Below are positions 1 to 12,572 of a stretch of 64,000 bases of DNA, one piece after another (position 1 is the stretch's first letter; every line of letters starts with the position of its first letter). A model generated the notes under the pieces. It was given only the letters and a program-made list of their open reading frames with translations. It was not told the origin of the DNA and made no database searches. The DNA is from an uncultured bacterium. GTDB taxonomy: Bacteria; Auribacterota; Erginobacteria; Erginobacterales; Erginobacteraceae. The DNA lies in contig CAWGIE010000019.1 in assembly GCA_963822585.1 (NCBI GenBank), positions 128,001 to 192,000 on the forward strand, read 5' to 3'. Made by a program: the position numbers and the translations under genes.

Positions 1-2
1 AT

Positions 3-933
3 CCCTACCAGGCGAGTCTGGCCGGGGGGAGCTACGATGCTTTTGCGAGCAAGCTTTCCTCCACCGGTTCAAACCTGCTCTACTCTACCTACCTGGGGGG
101 AGATCAGGTCGAGTACGGGTACGCGCTCGCCCTGGAAGGCGGTTCCGCCTACCTGACCGGACGCACCTACTCGACCGACTTCCCCACCGTGAACCCGTAC
201 CAGCCCAGTACAGGATCTTTTAACATCAGGGCCTTTGTCACCAAGTTATCAACGGCCGGCTCCGCCCTCCTCTACTCGACCTACCTGGGCGGGGACCTGA
301 CCACCGACGGCTTCGGCATATCCGTTCAGGGGGGCGAGGCCTATGTGAGCGGCACGACCAACTGCTCCGACTTTCCCGTAAAAGACGCCTACCAGACGAG
401 CCTCGCCGGCTCCAACAGTGATTACTTCGCCACCCGCCTCTCCTCCACCGGTTCGGCCGTCATCTTCTCCACCTATCTGGGGGGGAGCGGCCAGGATGAC
501 AACGGGGGAGGGATTGCCGTGGATGACGCCGGCAAGATCTATCTGAGCGGGCAGAGCTTCAGTACCGACTGGCCCACGAACAATGCCTACCAGGCGATCC
601 GTTCCGGTTCCTATAATACCGTCGTGGTCCGGTTGGCCTACGAAGTGACGCCGACCCCCTTCGGTTACAAATCGCCGACCCCGACTCCCCTGAACACCCC
701 GACTCCCTCGATCACGCCGACCCCCTCGATCACGCCAACTCCTTCGGTCACGCCGACCCCCTCGGTCACGCCGACCCCTTCGGTCACGCCGTCCCCGACG
801 CCGAGCATCACACCCACGCCTCTCGGTTATAAAACGCCCTCACCGTCACCGACAACGTCCCCCTCCCCGTCGCCAACGCCCTGGAACTGGGTCGAACGGC
901 TCAATCTCGACTACTCGACCTACCTGGGGGGGG
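3..933 (+). CDS. 5' part (begins before the window) of a large secreted SBBP-repeat protein; continues into 956..4537 across a -1 frameshift in a G8 run
   Basis: Frame is open from position 3 ([33 protein letters not shown]...). It has SBBP repeats ([16 protein letters not shown]) and a Pro/Thr linker. Adding one G to 926-933 gives [15 protein letters not shown] in frame with the next ORF. Confidence 0.8.
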
Positions 934-955
934 CGCCAATGATTTCGGCGCTGAC

Positions 956-3900
956 GTGGCCGGGGACGACCAGGGGTGCGCCTACTTGTGCGGGAGCACG
1001 TTTTCAACCGGCTTCCCGACACTCAACCCCTACCAGCCGAGCCTGGCCGGTACCCAGGACATCATCGTCACCAAGTTTTCCTCCACCGGTTCCTCTCTTC
1101 TCTATTCGACCTATGTGGGAGGGACATCCGCCTATTCCAGCGCCAGCGCCATCGCCCTCGATACGGCGACCAACGCTTATATCACCGGTTCCTGCAACTC
1201 CGGCTCGGCCTTCCCGGTCGTCAACGCCTACCAGTCGAGCGTGGCTGCGTCCGTGGGAAGCGCCGTCGTCTTCAAGCTCTCCTCCACCGGCTCCTCGCTC
1301 CTTTACTCGACCTACCTGAACGGGACCTTTCTCAGCCACGGCGAGGCTATCGCCGTCGACTCCGCCGGTTCCGCCTTCGTCGCGGGCGCGGTCTGGTCGA
1401 GCGATTTCCCGACCGTCAATCCCTATCAGGCAACCCACCACGGCACCGCCCGGGCGGGATTCGTCACCCGTTTCGACTCCACCGGGTCCGCGCTGATCTA
1501 CTCGACCTACCTCGGCGGGAGTACGGAGGAATGGGCATATGGGATAGCCCTGGACACTTCGGGCATCGCCACCGTCACCGGTGCCACCTATTCGACCGAT
1601 TTCCCCACCGTCAATCCCTATCAGGCGACACGGGGGGGGAGCCGGGACGCTTTCGTCACTCGTTTTAGCTCTACCGGATCGACCCTTATCTATTCGACCT
1701 ACCTTGGCGGCGCCGAGGATTTAGAGGAGGGCAAAGACGTCGCGATCGGCACCGACGGCTCCGCCTACCTCTGCGGCTTCACCCAGTCGGACGACTTCCC
1801 GACCGTGAACCCCTACCAGCCCGGTCTCCATGGCGCGGTCGACTGCTTTGTCAGCCGCCTCTCTTCCACCGGTTCGAGCCTGATCTACTCCACCTATATC
1901 GGCAGCTGGAGCAATGACTGGGGGCAGGACCTGGCCGTGAACCCGTCGGGGAACGCCTACATCTGCGGATATACCTCTACCGGCAGCTTCCCGACTATAA
2001 ACGCCTATCAGGCGACCTGGGCCGGCAGCTATGACGCTTTCGTCACTAAGTTTGCCCCCTCCGGTTCCTCACTGAAATATTCGACCTACCTCGGCGGAAG
2101 CGGGATGGAGTATTGTTTCGGCCTGGCCCTCGGTTCCGCCGACAGCGCTTATGTGACGGGATACAGTCCCTCCGCTGACTTCCCCACCTTCAACGCCTAC
2201 CAGGCGAGTATCGCGGGGAACAACGACGGGTTCATTACCAAACTCTCCTATCTCGGCTACCTGACCACGCCAACGCCGACGCCGACGCCCTTCGGGTATA
2301 AGACGCCGTCTCCCACCGCAACCCCCTCGGTGACACCCACACCCTCGGTGACACCCACGCCGACACCATCCATCACCCCGACCCCCTCCGTGACCCCGAC
2401 ACCGTCGGTCACGCCCACGCCCTCGGTGACCCCGACGGCCACCCCCAGCACGACACCGACGCCCTACGGCTTCAAGACACCGAGCCCGACGCCCTCGACC
2501 ACCCCGACGCCGTCGATTCCCCCGACGCCGGTCCCGGTCCCGACCGGGAACTGGACCGCCTGGACCCAGGTGAACGAGGACGGCTTCGGCGACGAGGACA
2601 ACTATTCCGCCTTCGCGCTTGCCTGCTACGAAGGAACCATCTACGCCGGGACATTGAACAACATCGCCGGCTGCGAGATCTGGCGGCGGGAGGGCCCCGA
2701 CCCCACGGACTGGGCGCTGGTCACCGGCGGCGGCTTCGGCACCTCCGACAACCGGGGGGTCTTCTCCCTGGCCGTCTTCGACGATGAGCTTTTCGTGGGG
2801 ACGGCAAACAACTCCGACGGCTTCGAGGTCTGGTCTTACGATGGGAGCGACTGGACACAAAGGGCCTCCGGCGGGCTCGGGGATACGACCAACACCTGGG
2901 CCTCCTCCATGGTCGTGTTCGACGGCAAACTCTATCTGGGGACCTCCTGGCAGGCCGCCGTCTTCACCTATGACTGGAGCGAGTGGACGCAGGTGAACGA
3001 GAACGGCTTCGGCGACAGCGACAACCAGCAGGTGAGGAGCCTGGCCGTCTACGACGGGAAAGTTTACGCGGGGGTTTACAACACCTCCGACTACGCCCGT
3101 CTCTACCGCTACGACGGCCCCGGAACCGCCGACTGGACGCTGGTGACCGAGGGCGGCTTCGGCGGGAATTTCGTGGAGTTCCGGAGCCTGGCCGCAACGG
3201 GCTCGAGGCTCTTCGTGGGGGGAGCCGGCTGGAGCGTCCCCTGCCAGGTCTGGGAGTACGCGGGAGGAATCTTCACCCGGAATGACCCCGGCAACGAGAT
3301 GCAGTATGATGCCGCCCGGTGCATGGAGGTCTTCGACGGACGCCTTTACGTGGGAACCGGAAACGACTCCGGATCCCCCGAGGGCGGCCAGGTCTGGGAA
3401 TACGGTTGGGCAGCCTGGACCCAGGTGAACGAGAACGGGTTCGGGAACTCCACCAACGAGGCGGTTCACGCCCTGGCCGGGTGCTACCCCTGCCTCTTCG
3501 CGGGTGTTTCCAACAGCGACGGCGAGGGCGGCAAGGTCTTCATGCGCTGCCTGGTCACGCCCACGCCAATGCCCTCGATGACGCCCACGCCCAGCGTGAC
3601 CCCGACGCCAAGCGTGACCCCAACACCGAGCGCCACCCCGACTCCGAGTGCCACCACAACGCCGTTGGTAACTCCAACGCCTTCCGTCAGGCCGACACCC
3701 TCGACAACACCGACGTCTACTCTGCCGCCGACCCCGACACCCTCCCCCACCTGCGGGCCGCCGGTGCCCTTTGAACTTCAGGCCTACCGAAGCGGCGACT
3801 ATGACGGTGACGGGACAAGCGAGATCGCCGTCTTCCGTCCCACCTCCACTCTCTGGGCGATCCGCGGGGTGAGCCGATTCTACTTCGGATCCGCCACAGA

Positions 3901-4537
3901 CCTTATCGTCTCCGCCGACTACGATGGCGACGGCACCGCCGACGCGGCCGTCTTCAACCCGGCTTCCGCCCTCTGGGCGATCAGGAACCTGACCCGGATT
4001 TACTTCGGCGCCGATGGCGACGCGCCCGCGCCCGGCGATTACAACGGCTCCGGCACCGACGCCGTCGGCGTCTTCCGCGCGGCCTCCGGTCTCTGGGCGA
4101 TCCGGGGGATGGCTCGGACCTACTTCGGCGGAACCGGAGATTGGCCGGTGCCGCGGGACTTCAACGGCGACGGCAGCGACGAGATCGCCGTCTACCGTTC
4201 CGCCGCCGGCGGCTCCGGCTTCTCCCTCTTCGCCGTCCGCAACGGCTCCCGGGTCTATTACGGGCGGGACGGCGACTGGCCGGCGCCGAACGACTTTGAC
4301 GGGGACGGTTCAGCTGATGTGGGGATCTTCCGGGCCTCCTCCACCGCCCTCTGGGCGGTGCGAAACGTCACCCGCGTTTACTATGGGCGTTGCGTTGACT
4401 GGCCGGCCCCCGCCGACTACGACGGCGATGGCATCGCCGACCCCGGGATCTTCCGCGACTCCGCCGGTCTCTGGGCCGTCCGCTTCGTCACCCGCGCTTA
4501 TTACGGAACAAACGGCGACGTACCCGTCACCCGGTAG
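956..4537 (+). CDS. 3' part of the modular surface protein: SBBP repeats - PT linker - beta-propeller ([10 protein letters not shown] repeats) - PT linker - six FG-GAP-like 40-aa repeats ending PVTR
   Basis: 1193-aa ORF with repeated YSTYLGG, (TPTPSV)n linkers and [18 protein letters not shown] repeats. Confidence 0.85.
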   Translation: MAGDDQGCAYLCGSTFSTGFPTLNPYQPSLAGTQDIIVTKFSSTGSSLLYSTYVGGTSAYSSASAIALDTATNAYITGSCNSGSAFPVVNAYQSSVAASVGSAVVFKLSSTGSSLLYSTYLNGTFLSHGEAIAVDSAGSAFVAGAVWSSDFPTVNPYQATHHGTARAGFVTRFDSTGSALIYSTYLGGSTEEWAYGIALDTSGIATVTGATYSTDFPTVNPYQATRGGSRDAFVTRFSSTGSTLIYSTYLGGAEDLEEGKDVAIGTDGSAYLCGFTQSDDFPTVNPYQPGLHGAVDCFVSRLSSTGSSLIYSTYIGSWSNDWGQDLAVNPSGNAYICGYTSTGSFPTINAYQATWAGSYDAFVTKFAPSGSSLKYSTYLGGSGMEYCFGLALGSADSAYVTGYSPSADFPTFNAYQASIAGNNDGFITKLSYLGYLTTPTPTPTPFGYKTPSPTATPSVTPTPSVTPTPTPSITPTPSVTPTPSVTPTPSVTPTATPSTTPTPYGFKTPSPTPSTTPTPSIPPTPVPVPTGNWTAWTQVNEDGFGDEDNYSAFALACYEGTIYAGTLNNIAGCEIWRREGPDPTDWALVTGGGFGTSDNRGVFSLAVFDDELFVGTANNSDGFEVWSYDGSDWTQRASGGLGDTTNTWASSMVVFDGKLYLGTSWQAAVFTYDWSEWTQVNENGFGDSDNQQVRSLAVYDGKVYAGVYNTSDYARLYRYDGPGTADWTLVTEGGFGGNFVEFRSLAATGSRLFVGGAGWSVPCQVWEYAGGIFTRNDPGNEMQYDAARCMEVFDGRLYVGTGNDSGSPEGGQVWEYGWAAWTQVNENGFGNSTNEAVHALAGCYPCLFAGVSNSDGEGGKVFMRCLVTPTPMPSMTPTPSVTPTPSVTPTPSATPTPSATTTPLVTPTPSVRPTPSTTPTSTLPPTPTPSPTCGPPVPFELQAYRSGDYDGDGTSEIAVFRPTSTLWAIRGVSRFYFGSATDLIVSADYDGDGTADAAVFNPASALWAIRNLTRIYFGADGDAPAPGDYNGSGTDAVGVFRAASGLWAIRGMARTYFGGTGDWPVPRDFNGDGSDEIAVYRSAAGGSGFSLFAVRNGSRVYYGRDGDWPAPNDFDGDGSADVGIFRASSTALWAVRNVTRVYYGRCVDWPAPADYDGDGIADPGIFRDSAGLWAVRFVTRAYYGTNGDVPVTR

Positions 4538-4606
4538 CCGCTCCGATCTATCGGAGTGTGCTATGGGAGTGATAGCGACGTATTGGTTACAAGATAGTAA
4601 TCGGTA

Positions 4607-4770
4607 ATCAGTAATCAGTCACCGGCTGGCACCCTCTCCCCTCGTGGGAGAGGATGCCCCGAGCGTACGCGAGGGGCGGGTGAGGGGGATAGTGGACGTT
4701 GGAAGTTGAGCGTTGAACGTTGAACGTTCGGATCTTTTTCCGGGACCCCGGTTCAACCGGTCACTGATTA
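4607..4770. repeat. Composite intergenic repeat (copy 1): GTAATCA repeats, CCCTCTCCCCTCG..GAGAGG/GGGTGAGGGG REP-like hairpin, GTTGAAC heptamers
   Basis: Closely similar copy at 9361-9534; each lies just after a PVTR-ending gene. Confidence 0.75.
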
Positions 4771-5061
4771 TCGCAGTTCAACGGAGATCCCGAGGATTCC
4801 CGATGGTAATCGGGGAGCTTTTCGGAACCGATTATTAGTCTTCTGCCCTCATCCCGCATCTTCCCCCTTATCCCTTACCCCTTATCCCTGCCTGAACAGC
4901 CAGGGGGATAATTAGCGTCATTCGCGAAATTCGTAGTTTAATGAAGCGGCCGAATCTGATGTACAGAACCGGGTAAAATGCTTGCGGGAAAGGGAATTTA
5001 TTGTTAAAGGTACATACAAAACAATTTCACTGGAAACCATAAAACCGAAAGCAGGGATATC

Positions 5062-8000
5062 ATGCAGCGCATCTCTTCCCGGGCAAGGATTTTAACGTCC
5101 CTTTTTACCGCGGCCGTTCTCACAACCTTTTTTTCCCCGGGCTCCTGCCCGGCGGCCTGGTCCACCTGGACCCAGTGGAATACCAACGGATTCGGGAATC
5201 AAACTGACAACTACTCCGTCTTCGAGCTGGAGGTCTATAAGGACGATCTCTACGCGGGGACCCACAACATAACCCAGGGCTGCGAGATCTGGCGTTATAA
5301 CGGGCCGGGGCCTACCAACTGGTCCAGGCTGACCAGCGGCGGTTTCTCCGACAGCCAGAACCAGATCCCCTACTCGATGGAGGTCTATGACGAACACCTC
5401 TACATCGGTACCCGGAACAACTCGGCCAACGGTCTTGAAATCTGGCAATACGACGGAGCGGATTTCACATTCCTGACCGATGGATTGGGTCTGGGCGACT
5501 CCGACCTGAAGATCCCCTGTTCGATGACCACCTTCGACGGGGACCTGATCCTGGGGGCCGGCAATTCCTGGACCAACAACAAGGCCAAGGTCTTCAGCTA
5601 CGACGGGAGTTCCTGGAGCCAGATCAATACCAACGCCTTCGGGGACAGCCAGAACCGCCAGGTGCGCGCCCTGGCGGTCTTTAACGACGACCTCTACGCG
5701 GGAACCTACAACACCCAGAGCGGGGGGCAGGTCTGGCGCTACGACGGTCCGACCCCCTCTGACTGGACCATGGTGGCGGCCGCCGGTTTCGGAATGGGCA
5801 ATGACAACCAGGACGTGCGCGTCCTCTTCGTCTACGACGGGAAACTCTATGGGGGGACGGCGAATACCACCAGCGGCAGTCAGGTCTGGGAGACGACCAA
5901 CGGGACCGACTGGCTCCAGAACAACCCCGACATCGCCGTCGACATGTACTACTTCGACGCCACCCGGTGCATGGAGGAGGCGGGCGGGAACCTCTATGTC
6001 GGGACGGGGAACGCCCTCGGGGCCGGGGGCAACAACCCCGGCGCCCAGGTCTGGGAGTATGACGGCAGCTTCGGGAACTGGACCCAGGTAAACAGCAACG
6101 GCTTCGATGAGCAGACCAATATGGCCGTCCAGGACCTCGTCCGGTGGAGCGGCTACCTCTGGGCCGGGGTCAGCAACTCCTGGGAGCGGGGAGGCATGGT
6201 CTGGCGGGGCGGGGACGGGACCTTTGTCGATACCACCCCGACACCTTCCATCACCCCGACCCTGACACCGACGCCCACGACCACCCCGTCACCGGTCGGG
6301 GAGACCTTCGAAGCGCCGATCGTGGTCTCCCTGGATTACTCGGGGAGCGAAAACACCGCGATCAGCTTCGCCAACAACTACAACACTTACAGCTGCATCG
6401 CCTTCGACGAAACCGGCCCCGATATCGTCTACCGGTTCACCCTCGCCACCCCGGGAACGATCTCGATCCTGCTCTCGGGGCTCTCGGTCGACCTCGACCT
6501 CTTCCTCTGCGACGGACCCGCCATTAAGGACTGCGTGGACAGCAGCACCAACACCGGAACCGTGGATGAGCAGATCACCTTCGCCACCGGGACCGGGACC
6601 TTCTACACGGTCGTCGACGGCTTTGAGGGCGCGGCCGGCCCCTTCGACCTCGACATCTCCTTCGTCACGCCCAGCCCGAGCGTCACGCCGACCCCCTCGG
6701 TCGCGCCCACGCCCACACCGTCCCCTTCGGTCACGGCCACGCCGACGGTAAGCCCGTCGCCCACGCCCAGTGTCACGCCAACGCCTTCGGTCACACCGAC
6801 ACCATCCGCGACCCCTTCACCATCGATTACACCCACGCCGTCCGCCGCCCCGACATCATCCGTGACTCCTACTCCCACGCCCAGTATCACCCCAACGCCC
6901 TCGGTTACACCCACGCCGTCTGTCACGCCCTCTCCGACTCCGTCATCGACGCCGACAGCAACCCCTCCTCCCTCACCATCGGTCACGCCCACGCCCAGCG
7001 TAACGCCGACGCCGGTGGGGGAGGTCTTCGAGGCGCCCATCGTCGTCACCCTTAACTACACCGGGAGCCAGGACACCACCGGCTTCGCCGACGACTATGA
7101 CACTTACGGCTGTATCGCCTTCCCGGAGACCGGGCACGATATCGTCTATGCCTTCACCGTCACCGCCCCGGGCACCCTTTCCATCAACCTCTCCAGCCTC
7201 TCGGCCGATCTCGACTTGCTTCTCTGCGACGCGCCCAGCTCAAAGGCCTGCGTCGACAGCAGCACCAACTCGGGGACAAGTGACGAACACATATCCTACG
7301 CGGCCGCGATCGACACCTATTACACGGTGGTCGATGGCTTCGACGGTGCGATGAGTTCTTTTGATATCGATATCTCTTTAACCACACCGACGCCGACGCC
7401 GACCCCTTCGTCCACCCCGGCACCATCAGCCACGCCCACTCCAAGTGTTACGCCCACTGCCACATCCACGCCGTCGGTCACGCCGACACCAACACCGTCT
7501 ATCACACCCACGCCATCGGTAACGCCGACGCCGAGCCCGAGTGTTACACCGACCCCCTCGGTAACGCCGACAACAACACCGTCCGTCACACCCACGCCAT
7601 CAGTCACCTCAACACCGACAGTCACCCCGACACCAACACCATCGGTGACGCCGACTCCAACCCCGACTGTCACATCCACACCCTCGGTGACACCGACGCC
7701 TTCGGTCACGCTTACGCCGTCGGTCACCCCGACACCGACTAACACGCCCACGCCCTCGGTGACACCCTCGCCAAGCCTCACACCAACACCCTCGATGACC
7801 CCGACACCCTCGGCCACATCCACCCCAACGGTGACACCAACGCCCACACCCAGTATCACCCCCACACCCTCGATCACGCCAACGATCACTCCGACGCCCG
7901 TCCCCTGCGTCTCACCGCTGATGCTGACGAACATCACCTACATCGAGATCTTCCAGACACGGGCATCCGTCAACAATGGCTGGTTCATCCGGGGGCTGGA

Positions 8001-9288
8001 GTGGAACAACGCCACCGACTTCGGCTACGTCCCCGACAAGCTTAACTTCTGGTTCGACGGCGGCATATTGCCGGCGATGAGCCAGGTCAAGCTCCGCTTT
8101 GAGGAGCAGGCAGAGCCGATCGATATCCAGGAGGGGGACAAGATCAGGCTGGGCTATGACACCTACTACTTCGTCGACGTGATCCTGCCGCAGATCACCG
8201 TTGACGATACGGTCCTCTACGTAGGCCTGAACGGGAACACCTACACCGACCTCTCGCTCTGCAGCATCGCCAAAGGAACGCCCACCCCGACGCCGACACC
8301 GACAATGACCCCGACGCCGACCGTCACACCAACGCCGACGACCTCGGTCACGCCGACACCGTCACCGACCGTCACTCCCACACCCTCGGTCATACCCACA
8401 CCGTCGATCCCTCCCACCCCGTCCGTTACCCCGACACCACTGACAACCCCGACGCCGATGGCGACAGCCACCCCGACGGCTACGCCGTCGGTGGCGCCCA
8501 CCTGTGGGCCGGTGATACCACCCGAGATCCAGGCCTACCGCTCCGGCGACTACGACGGTGACGGCACAGCCGAGATCGCCGTCTTCCGCCCCACCTCCGC
8601 TCTCTGGGCGATCCGGGGAGTGACCCGATTCTACTTCGGCTCCGCCGCTTCTCTCGTCGTCTCCGCCGACTACGACGGCGACTGGACAACCGACGCGGCC
8701 GTCTTCAATCCGGCGAGCGCCCTCTGGGCAATCCGGAACCTGACCCGGTTCTACTACGGGACGCCCGGCGATCTCCCCGTCCCCGGCGATTATACCGGCG
8801 GCGGGTCCGATGCCATCGGCGTCTTCCGCGACTCCAGCGGCCTCTGGGCGGTCCGCGGCGTTGGTCGCGCTTACTTCGGCGCTGCCGGCGATTGGCCGGT
8901 TCCGGCTGATTACGACGGGGACGGCATTAACGACGTCGCCATCTACCGCCCCGACGCCGGCGGCTCCGGCTTCTCCCTCTTTGCCGTCCGCGGCGGCTCC
9001 CGAGTCTATTATGGCCTCCCCGGCGACTGGCCGGCCGTGAACGACTTTAATGGCGACGGTTCCGCTGATTTGGGAATCTTCCGGACCTCCACCAGCGCCC
9101 TCTGGGCGGTGCGGGACGTCACCCGGGTCTACTACGGCCGCTGCGTGGACTGGCCGGCCCCCGCCGACTACGACGGCGATGGCATCGCCGACCTCGGCAT
9201 CTTCCGCGATTCCGCCGGTCTCTGGGCCGTCCGCCGTGTCACCCGGGCTTACTTTGGCGCCGACGGGGACGCGCCGGTGACAAGATAG
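5062..9288 (+). CDS. Secreted modular surface protein: signal peptide, beta-propeller, two pre-peptidase-C-terminal (PPC)-like beta-sandwich copies, long PT linkers, C-terminal six-repeat FG-GAP-like module
   Basis: 1408-aa ORF. It has an N-terminal hydrophobic signal, a duplicated domain ([10 protein letters not shown]...DLDLFLCD...VVDGF / [10 protein letters not shown]...DLDLLLCD...VVDGF), and ends APVTR. Confidence 0.85.
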   Translation: MQRISSRARILTSLFTAAVLTTFFSPGSCPAAWSTWTQWNTNGFGNQTDNYSVFELEVYKDDLYAGTHNITQGCEIWRYNGPGPTNWSRLTSGGFSDSQNQIPYSMEVYDEHLYIGTRNNSANGLEIWQYDGADFTFLTDGLGLGDSDLKIPCSMTTFDGDLILGAGNSWTNNKAKVFSYDGSSWSQINTNAFGDSQNRQVRALAVFNDDLYAGTYNTQSGGQVWRYDGPTPSDWTMVAAAGFGMGNDNQDVRVLFVYDGKLYGGTANTTSGSQVWETTNGTDWLQNNPDIAVDMYYFDATRCMEEAGGNLYVGTGNALGAGGNNPGAQVWEYDGSFGNWTQVNSNGFDEQTNMAVQDLVRWSGYLWAGVSNSWERGGMVWRGGDGTFVDTTPTPSITPTLTPTPTTTPSPVGETFEAPIVVSLDYSGSENTAISFANNYNTYSCIAFDETGPDIVYRFTLATPGTISILLSGLSVDLDLFLCDGPAIKDCVDSSTNTGTVDEQITFATGTGTFYTVVDGFEGAAGPFDLDISFVTPSPSVTPTPSVAPTPTPSPSVTATPTVSPSPTPSVTPTPSVTPTPSATPSPSITPTPSAAPTSSVTPTPTPSITPTPSVTPTPSVTPSPTPSSTPTATPPPSPSVTPTPSVTPTPVGEVFEAPIVVTLNYTGSQDTTGFADDYDTYGCIAFPETGHDIVYAFTVTAPGTLSINLSSLSADLDLLLCDAPSSKACVDSSTNSGTSDEHISYAAAIDTYYTVVDGFDGAMSSFDIDISLTTPTPTPTPSSTPAPSATPTPSVTPTATSTPSVTPTPTPSITPTPSVTPTPSPSVTPTPSVTPTTTPSVTPTPSVTSTPTVTPTPTPSVTPTPTPTVTSTPSVTPTPSVTLTPSVTPTPTNTPTPSVTPSPSLTPTPSMTPTPSATSTPTVTPTPTPSITPTPSITPTITPTPVPCVSPLMLTNITYIEIFQTRASVNNGWFIRGLEWNNATDFGYVPDKLNFWFDGGILPAMSQVKLRFEEQAEPIDIQEGDKIRLGYDTYYFVDVILPQITVDDTVLYVGLNGNTYTDLSLCSIAKGTPTPTPTPTMTPTPTVTPTPTTSVTPTPSPTVTPTPSVIPTPSIPPTPSVTPTPLTTPTPMATATPTATPSVAPTCGPVIPPEIQAYRSGDYDGDGTAEIAVFRPTSALWAIRGVTRFYFGSAASLVVSADYDGDWTTDAAVFNPASALWAIRNLTRFYYGTPGDLPVPGDYTGGGSDAIGVFRDSSGLWAVRGVGRAYFGAAGDWPVPADYDGDGINDVAIYRPDAGGSGFSLFAVRGGSRVYYGLPGDWPAVNDFNGDGSADLGIFRTSTSALWAVRDVTRVYYGRCVDWPAPADYDGDGIADLGIFRDSAGLWAVRRVTRAYFGADGDAPVTR

Positions 9289-9360
9289 TGATCAGCAACT
9301 TGTCCGCCAGAGCTCGACCTGTCTATCGTCGCCTGGGTGAAGAGGGAGGAGCGACGGCGG

Positions 9361-9534
9361 ATCAGTAATCAGTTGCCGGCTGACACCCTCTCCCCTCGGG
9401 GAGAGGGTATCCTGAGTGAGGGAGAAGCTCGAACAGAAGGACGGGTGAGGGGGATAGTGGACGTTGGGAGTTGAGCGTTGAGCGTTGAACGTTCAGGTCT
9501 TTTTCCCGGCCCCCGTTTTAACCGATTACTGATC
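9361..9534. repeat. Composite intergenic repeat (copy 2)
   Basis: Shares ATCAGTAATCAGT, CACCCTCTCCCCTCG and GGGTGAGGGGGATAGTGGACGTTGG.AGTTGAGCGTTG with 4607-4770. Confidence 0.75.
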
Positions 9535-9912
9535 ACCGATAATCGACTGCAGTCCTCCTCCCTGGATCATATCCCCCCCTGCGCGTGGAAATACACTCGG
9601 CACATGGATTCGCCTCTCTCACACAAAAACTGGTATCAATAGCAAAAAAATCAGAGGAATCAGGTATTTTTAAAGGGGGATTCGCGTAATTTGCGAAATT
9701 TATAGTTTTTAAAAGGGGCCGAGGGGAGGGATAATTAGTGTAAACTTGTGGTGAGCGGAGTCGAATCCATTAGTGGACCAAAAAGGGGCCGAGGTAGAGG
9801 CCAACAATCCGTTTAATCCGCATAATCCGCGGTTATATTAAAGGGGGTGAGGCGGGGGATAATTAGAGTTAATTAGTGGACTAAACAGGGGCCGAGGTAG
9901 AGGGCACACCTC

Positions 9913-10551
9913 TTATTCAATCACATTCAATCGTCTGTTCTTTTCCGGGGGCGAAGCGGGGGATTCTGCCGTCTTCATCCCCGGTCTGAAGACCTGCTTG
10001 ACGAACCGGAACATCTTGCGGAGAAACCAGATCGAGAAGAGAATAAATAGTATCACCACGACCGCGGCGATGACCGGGTGCCTGATAACGAGGTAGAGGA
10101 CGGTGAGCACCGAGACGTCCTCCACAACGCTGGCCACGGAGTTGCTCACCGGTTCCGGGGAGGCGTTGATGGCGAGCCTCGAGGTCGCCTTGGTGAGATG
10201 CGAGTCCAGTGCGATGGTCCCGGCCAGGAGCGCGGCAACGATTCGCAGTTCCGGGCCGGCCTCCGACAGCGCCAGGTATCCCAGCGCGGCCCCGGCCAGG
10301 GGCCTGATAAAGGTATGAACGGAGTCCCAGGCCGAGTCGACATAAGGTATCTTGTCGGCCAGGAATTCGATCAGGAAGAGCACAAACGCGACGATGATGA
10401 CCAGCGGATGGGCGAGCGCCGCCGATTCTCCGGGTAGCGTGATCCATCCCACCCGTTGCGCGATCCCGAGCCCGGCCACGGTAAGGTAAAGATTAACCCC
10501 TGCCGCCCAGGAGGCCCCCACCAGCATTCCAAAAGAACTCAGCGCATTCAT
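9913..10551 (-). CDS. DUF4126-like membrane protein
   Basis: Motifs AAGVNLY, EFLADKIPYVDSAWDSVHTFIRP and NASPEPVSN; several hydrophobic segments. Confidence 0.8.
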   Translation of the reverse strand: MNALSSFGMLVGASWAAGVNLYLTVAGLGIAQRVGWITLPGESAALAHPLVIIVAFVLFLIEFLADKIPYVDSAWDSVHTFIRPLAGAALGYLALSEAGPELRIVAALLAGTIALDSHLTKATSRLAINASPEPVSNSVASVVEDVSVLTVLYLVIRHPVIAAVVVILFILFSIWFLRKMFRFVKQVFRPGMKTAESPASPPEKNRRLNVIE

Positions 10552-11118
10552 CTATTTATTACCTGGGGTCGTTACTATGGGTCGCCCACTTGGGGGCAAG
10601 GAGGGGGGGAACTCTTCCCTGTAATATTTATCCCGGCACTCCGGACAGATCCCATGGCTGAACTGCGATTCGGAATGATCGGAGATATACTTTTCCATCT
10701 GTTCCCAGGTGTTTTCCGGCGTGCGGATTTTCTTGCAGTGGCTGCAGATGGGCAATATTCCTTTCAGGGTCCTCACTTCCGTCTCCAGTGCCCGTTCGTG
10801 TTTCGCGGTCCGGTCGACCAGGAAAGCGACCAGCGATAAGACGGCAATCCTGACCAGGGCATTGATTATGGTCTCGATCACCGCCACGTGGTGAGTCCAG
10901 ACCGCCATGATCAGCGCTTCCTGGATCAGGGGAAGCGCGATGGCCAGTCCCCAGCCCCATCTCCGCCCGTCGTACCACGCGGCCAGCATGACAGGGAGAA
11001 GAAAAAGGATCGGGAACCGTATGTAAGGCCCGGTCAGATGATCCAGGGCAACCGTCGCCGCTCCAAGCAAACACCAGTAAACAGGCGAAAATGTGTTTTT
11101 CTTGCGAATTCTTTTCAT
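10552..11118 (-). CDS. Small membrane protein (DUF4118-like TM region) with C-terminal LPICxxCKKIR...SHGICPEC metal-binding tail
   Basis: Four TM-like stretches plus the Cys motif commonly seen at the end of sensor and response proteins. Confidence 0.75.
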   Translation of the reverse strand: MKRIRKKNTFSPVYWCLLGAATVALDHLTGPYIRFPILFLLPVMLAAWYDGRRWGWGLAIALPLIQEALIMAVWTHHVAVIETIINALVRIAVLSLVAFLVDRTAKHERALETEVRTLKGILPICSHCKKIRTPENTWEQMEKYISDHSESQFSHGICPECRDKYYREEFPPSLPPSGRPIVTTPGNK

Positions 11119-11266
11119 CCCGGTTTTATTCCCGCTTTTAAACTATCCCTTTAAATGACGGATAGAGATACGGCTTCTACTCCTATTCCCCGGCGGTGAC
11201 AATAAAATTCCGGTACCAAATATTTTTGGTTCTCTTCCATTTTGTGTGGGTAAACGCTCTATAGGA

Positions 11267-11413
11267 GTCATTGCGAGGAGCTATATGCCCCGAAGAATTC
11301 GGGGCAGTAAGCGACGAAGCAATCTAAAATATAGTTTAGAGTATTACTTGTATCACTTTTTTATTTTAGTAGTTATGATGAGATTTCTTCTCCGCCGGCG
11401 GATCGTAATGACA
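11267..11413. repeat. GTCATTGCGAG...GAAGCAATC / GAGATT..TTC...CGTAATGAC palindromic REP-like element
   Basis: Outer arms GTCATTGCGA and TCGTAATGAC are near-complementary; a related element is at 51980-52112. Confidence 0.6.
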
Positions 11414-11515
11414 TTTCTCGGCAAAACCATACAAAATGGAAGAGAACCATATTTTTTAATTCCCGCCCCGCACTTCCTGTTATAATCCCATCGTATTCAA
11501 TCCTCGGAGAACAGG

Positions 11516-12559
11516 TTGATGCCACGGAATCCAGGAAAATCACATCAGGTAATCCCGATACTAATGACGGCGATTGTGATTGCCGCCACCGCCGGGCAGA
11601 CCGCCCGGGCAGAGAATCGGACAACGCTCCGCGACGCCGCCCGGCAACTGGGTATCGACCGGATCGATAAGTATGTTCCGCCGCCCGTTTTGAACAACCT
11701 CTCCCTCCCCACCGCGGATGACTGGCGGCGTTTCTGGACCAGCATTGAGAGCGCGCTCCAATCGGGCAACCTGGAGGAGCTGGCCTGGATGCGCCCGGAG
11801 GCGGAGCGGGCCCTGCTGGTCCTGGACACGGTCAAGGGCGGGGCTCCTTACGCCGACTGGCTCCGGCAGCGGCTTGACTACTTCGAGGTCGCTGACCGGG
11901 TAACCAGACGGCTGCCCGCCCCCGGACCACCTCCGGCGCGCCCCAAGGGCACCCCCGCTCCCCTCCGGACGTCGATCGTTCCTCCTCCCCCTCCCAAACC
12001 GGCGCCGGCCCCGGAGGCGGTCGCCCAAAAAAGGACGGAGTCGGTGACCAGCCTGGCTCTCTGGAAGGATAAGCTCAAGGGGCGCCCGGCGCCGCCCCGG
12101 GCGAAACAGCTCGTCCCCGCCCTGAAGAAAATCTTCCGCGCCGAGGGGATTCCCCCGGAACTGGTCTGGCAGGCGGAAGTCGAGTCTTCTTTCAACCCGG
12201 AAGCGAGAAGCCCGGTCGGCGCCCGGGGCCTTTACCAGTTCATGCCCGCCACCGCCAGAAGTTTCGGCCTCGATGAAGGCCCTCCCGATGAACGGCTCAA
12301 CCCGGGAAAAAGCGCCCGGGCGGCGGCCCGGTACCTGAAGGCTCTCTATAAAAGGTTCGATTCCTGGCCGCTGGCGCTGGCCGCCTACAACGCCGGGGAA
12401 GGGCGGGTGGGAAAACTTTTGAAACAGCATGGGGCGACAACCTTTTCCTCCGTCGCCCGGCACCTGCCGTCGGAAACACAGATGTATGTCCCCAAGGTCC
12501 TGGCCACCGTCTATCACCGGGAAGGGAGAGAACCGCAGGATCTGCCCCCGCCGGGATGA
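11516..12559 (+). CDS. Lytic transglycosylase (SLT domain, MltD-like) with signal peptide and Pro-rich linker
   Basis: Motifs VESSFNPEARSPVGARGLYQFMPATA, LALAAYNAGEG and ETQMYVPKV. Confidence 0.9.
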   Translation: MMPRNPGKSHQVIPILMTAIVIAATAGQTARAENRTTLRDAARQLGIDRIDKYVPPPVLNNLSLPTADDWRRFWTSIESALQSGNLEELAWMRPEAERALLVLDTVKGGAPYADWLRQRLDYFEVADRVTRRLPAPGPPPARPKGTPAPLRTSIVPPPPPKPAPAPEAVAQKRTESVTSLALWKDKLKGRPAPPRAKQLVPALKKIFRAEGIPPELVWQAEVESSFNPEARSPVGARGLYQFMPATARSFGLDEGPPDERLNPGKSARAAARYLKALYKRFDSWPLALAAYNAGEGRVGKLLKQHGATTFSSVARHLPSETQMYVPKVLATVYHREGREPQDLPPPG

Positions 12560-12572
12560 GGGAGGGCAAAAG

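Noticed and set aside
934..1319. C-terminal part of ORF 189..1319
   Set aside because: It is out-of-frame read-through after the G8 frameshift; the SBBP sequence continues in the 956 frame.
2257..8501. Minus-strand (GV)n ORFs
   Set aside because: They are antisense shadows of the Pro/Thr linkers.
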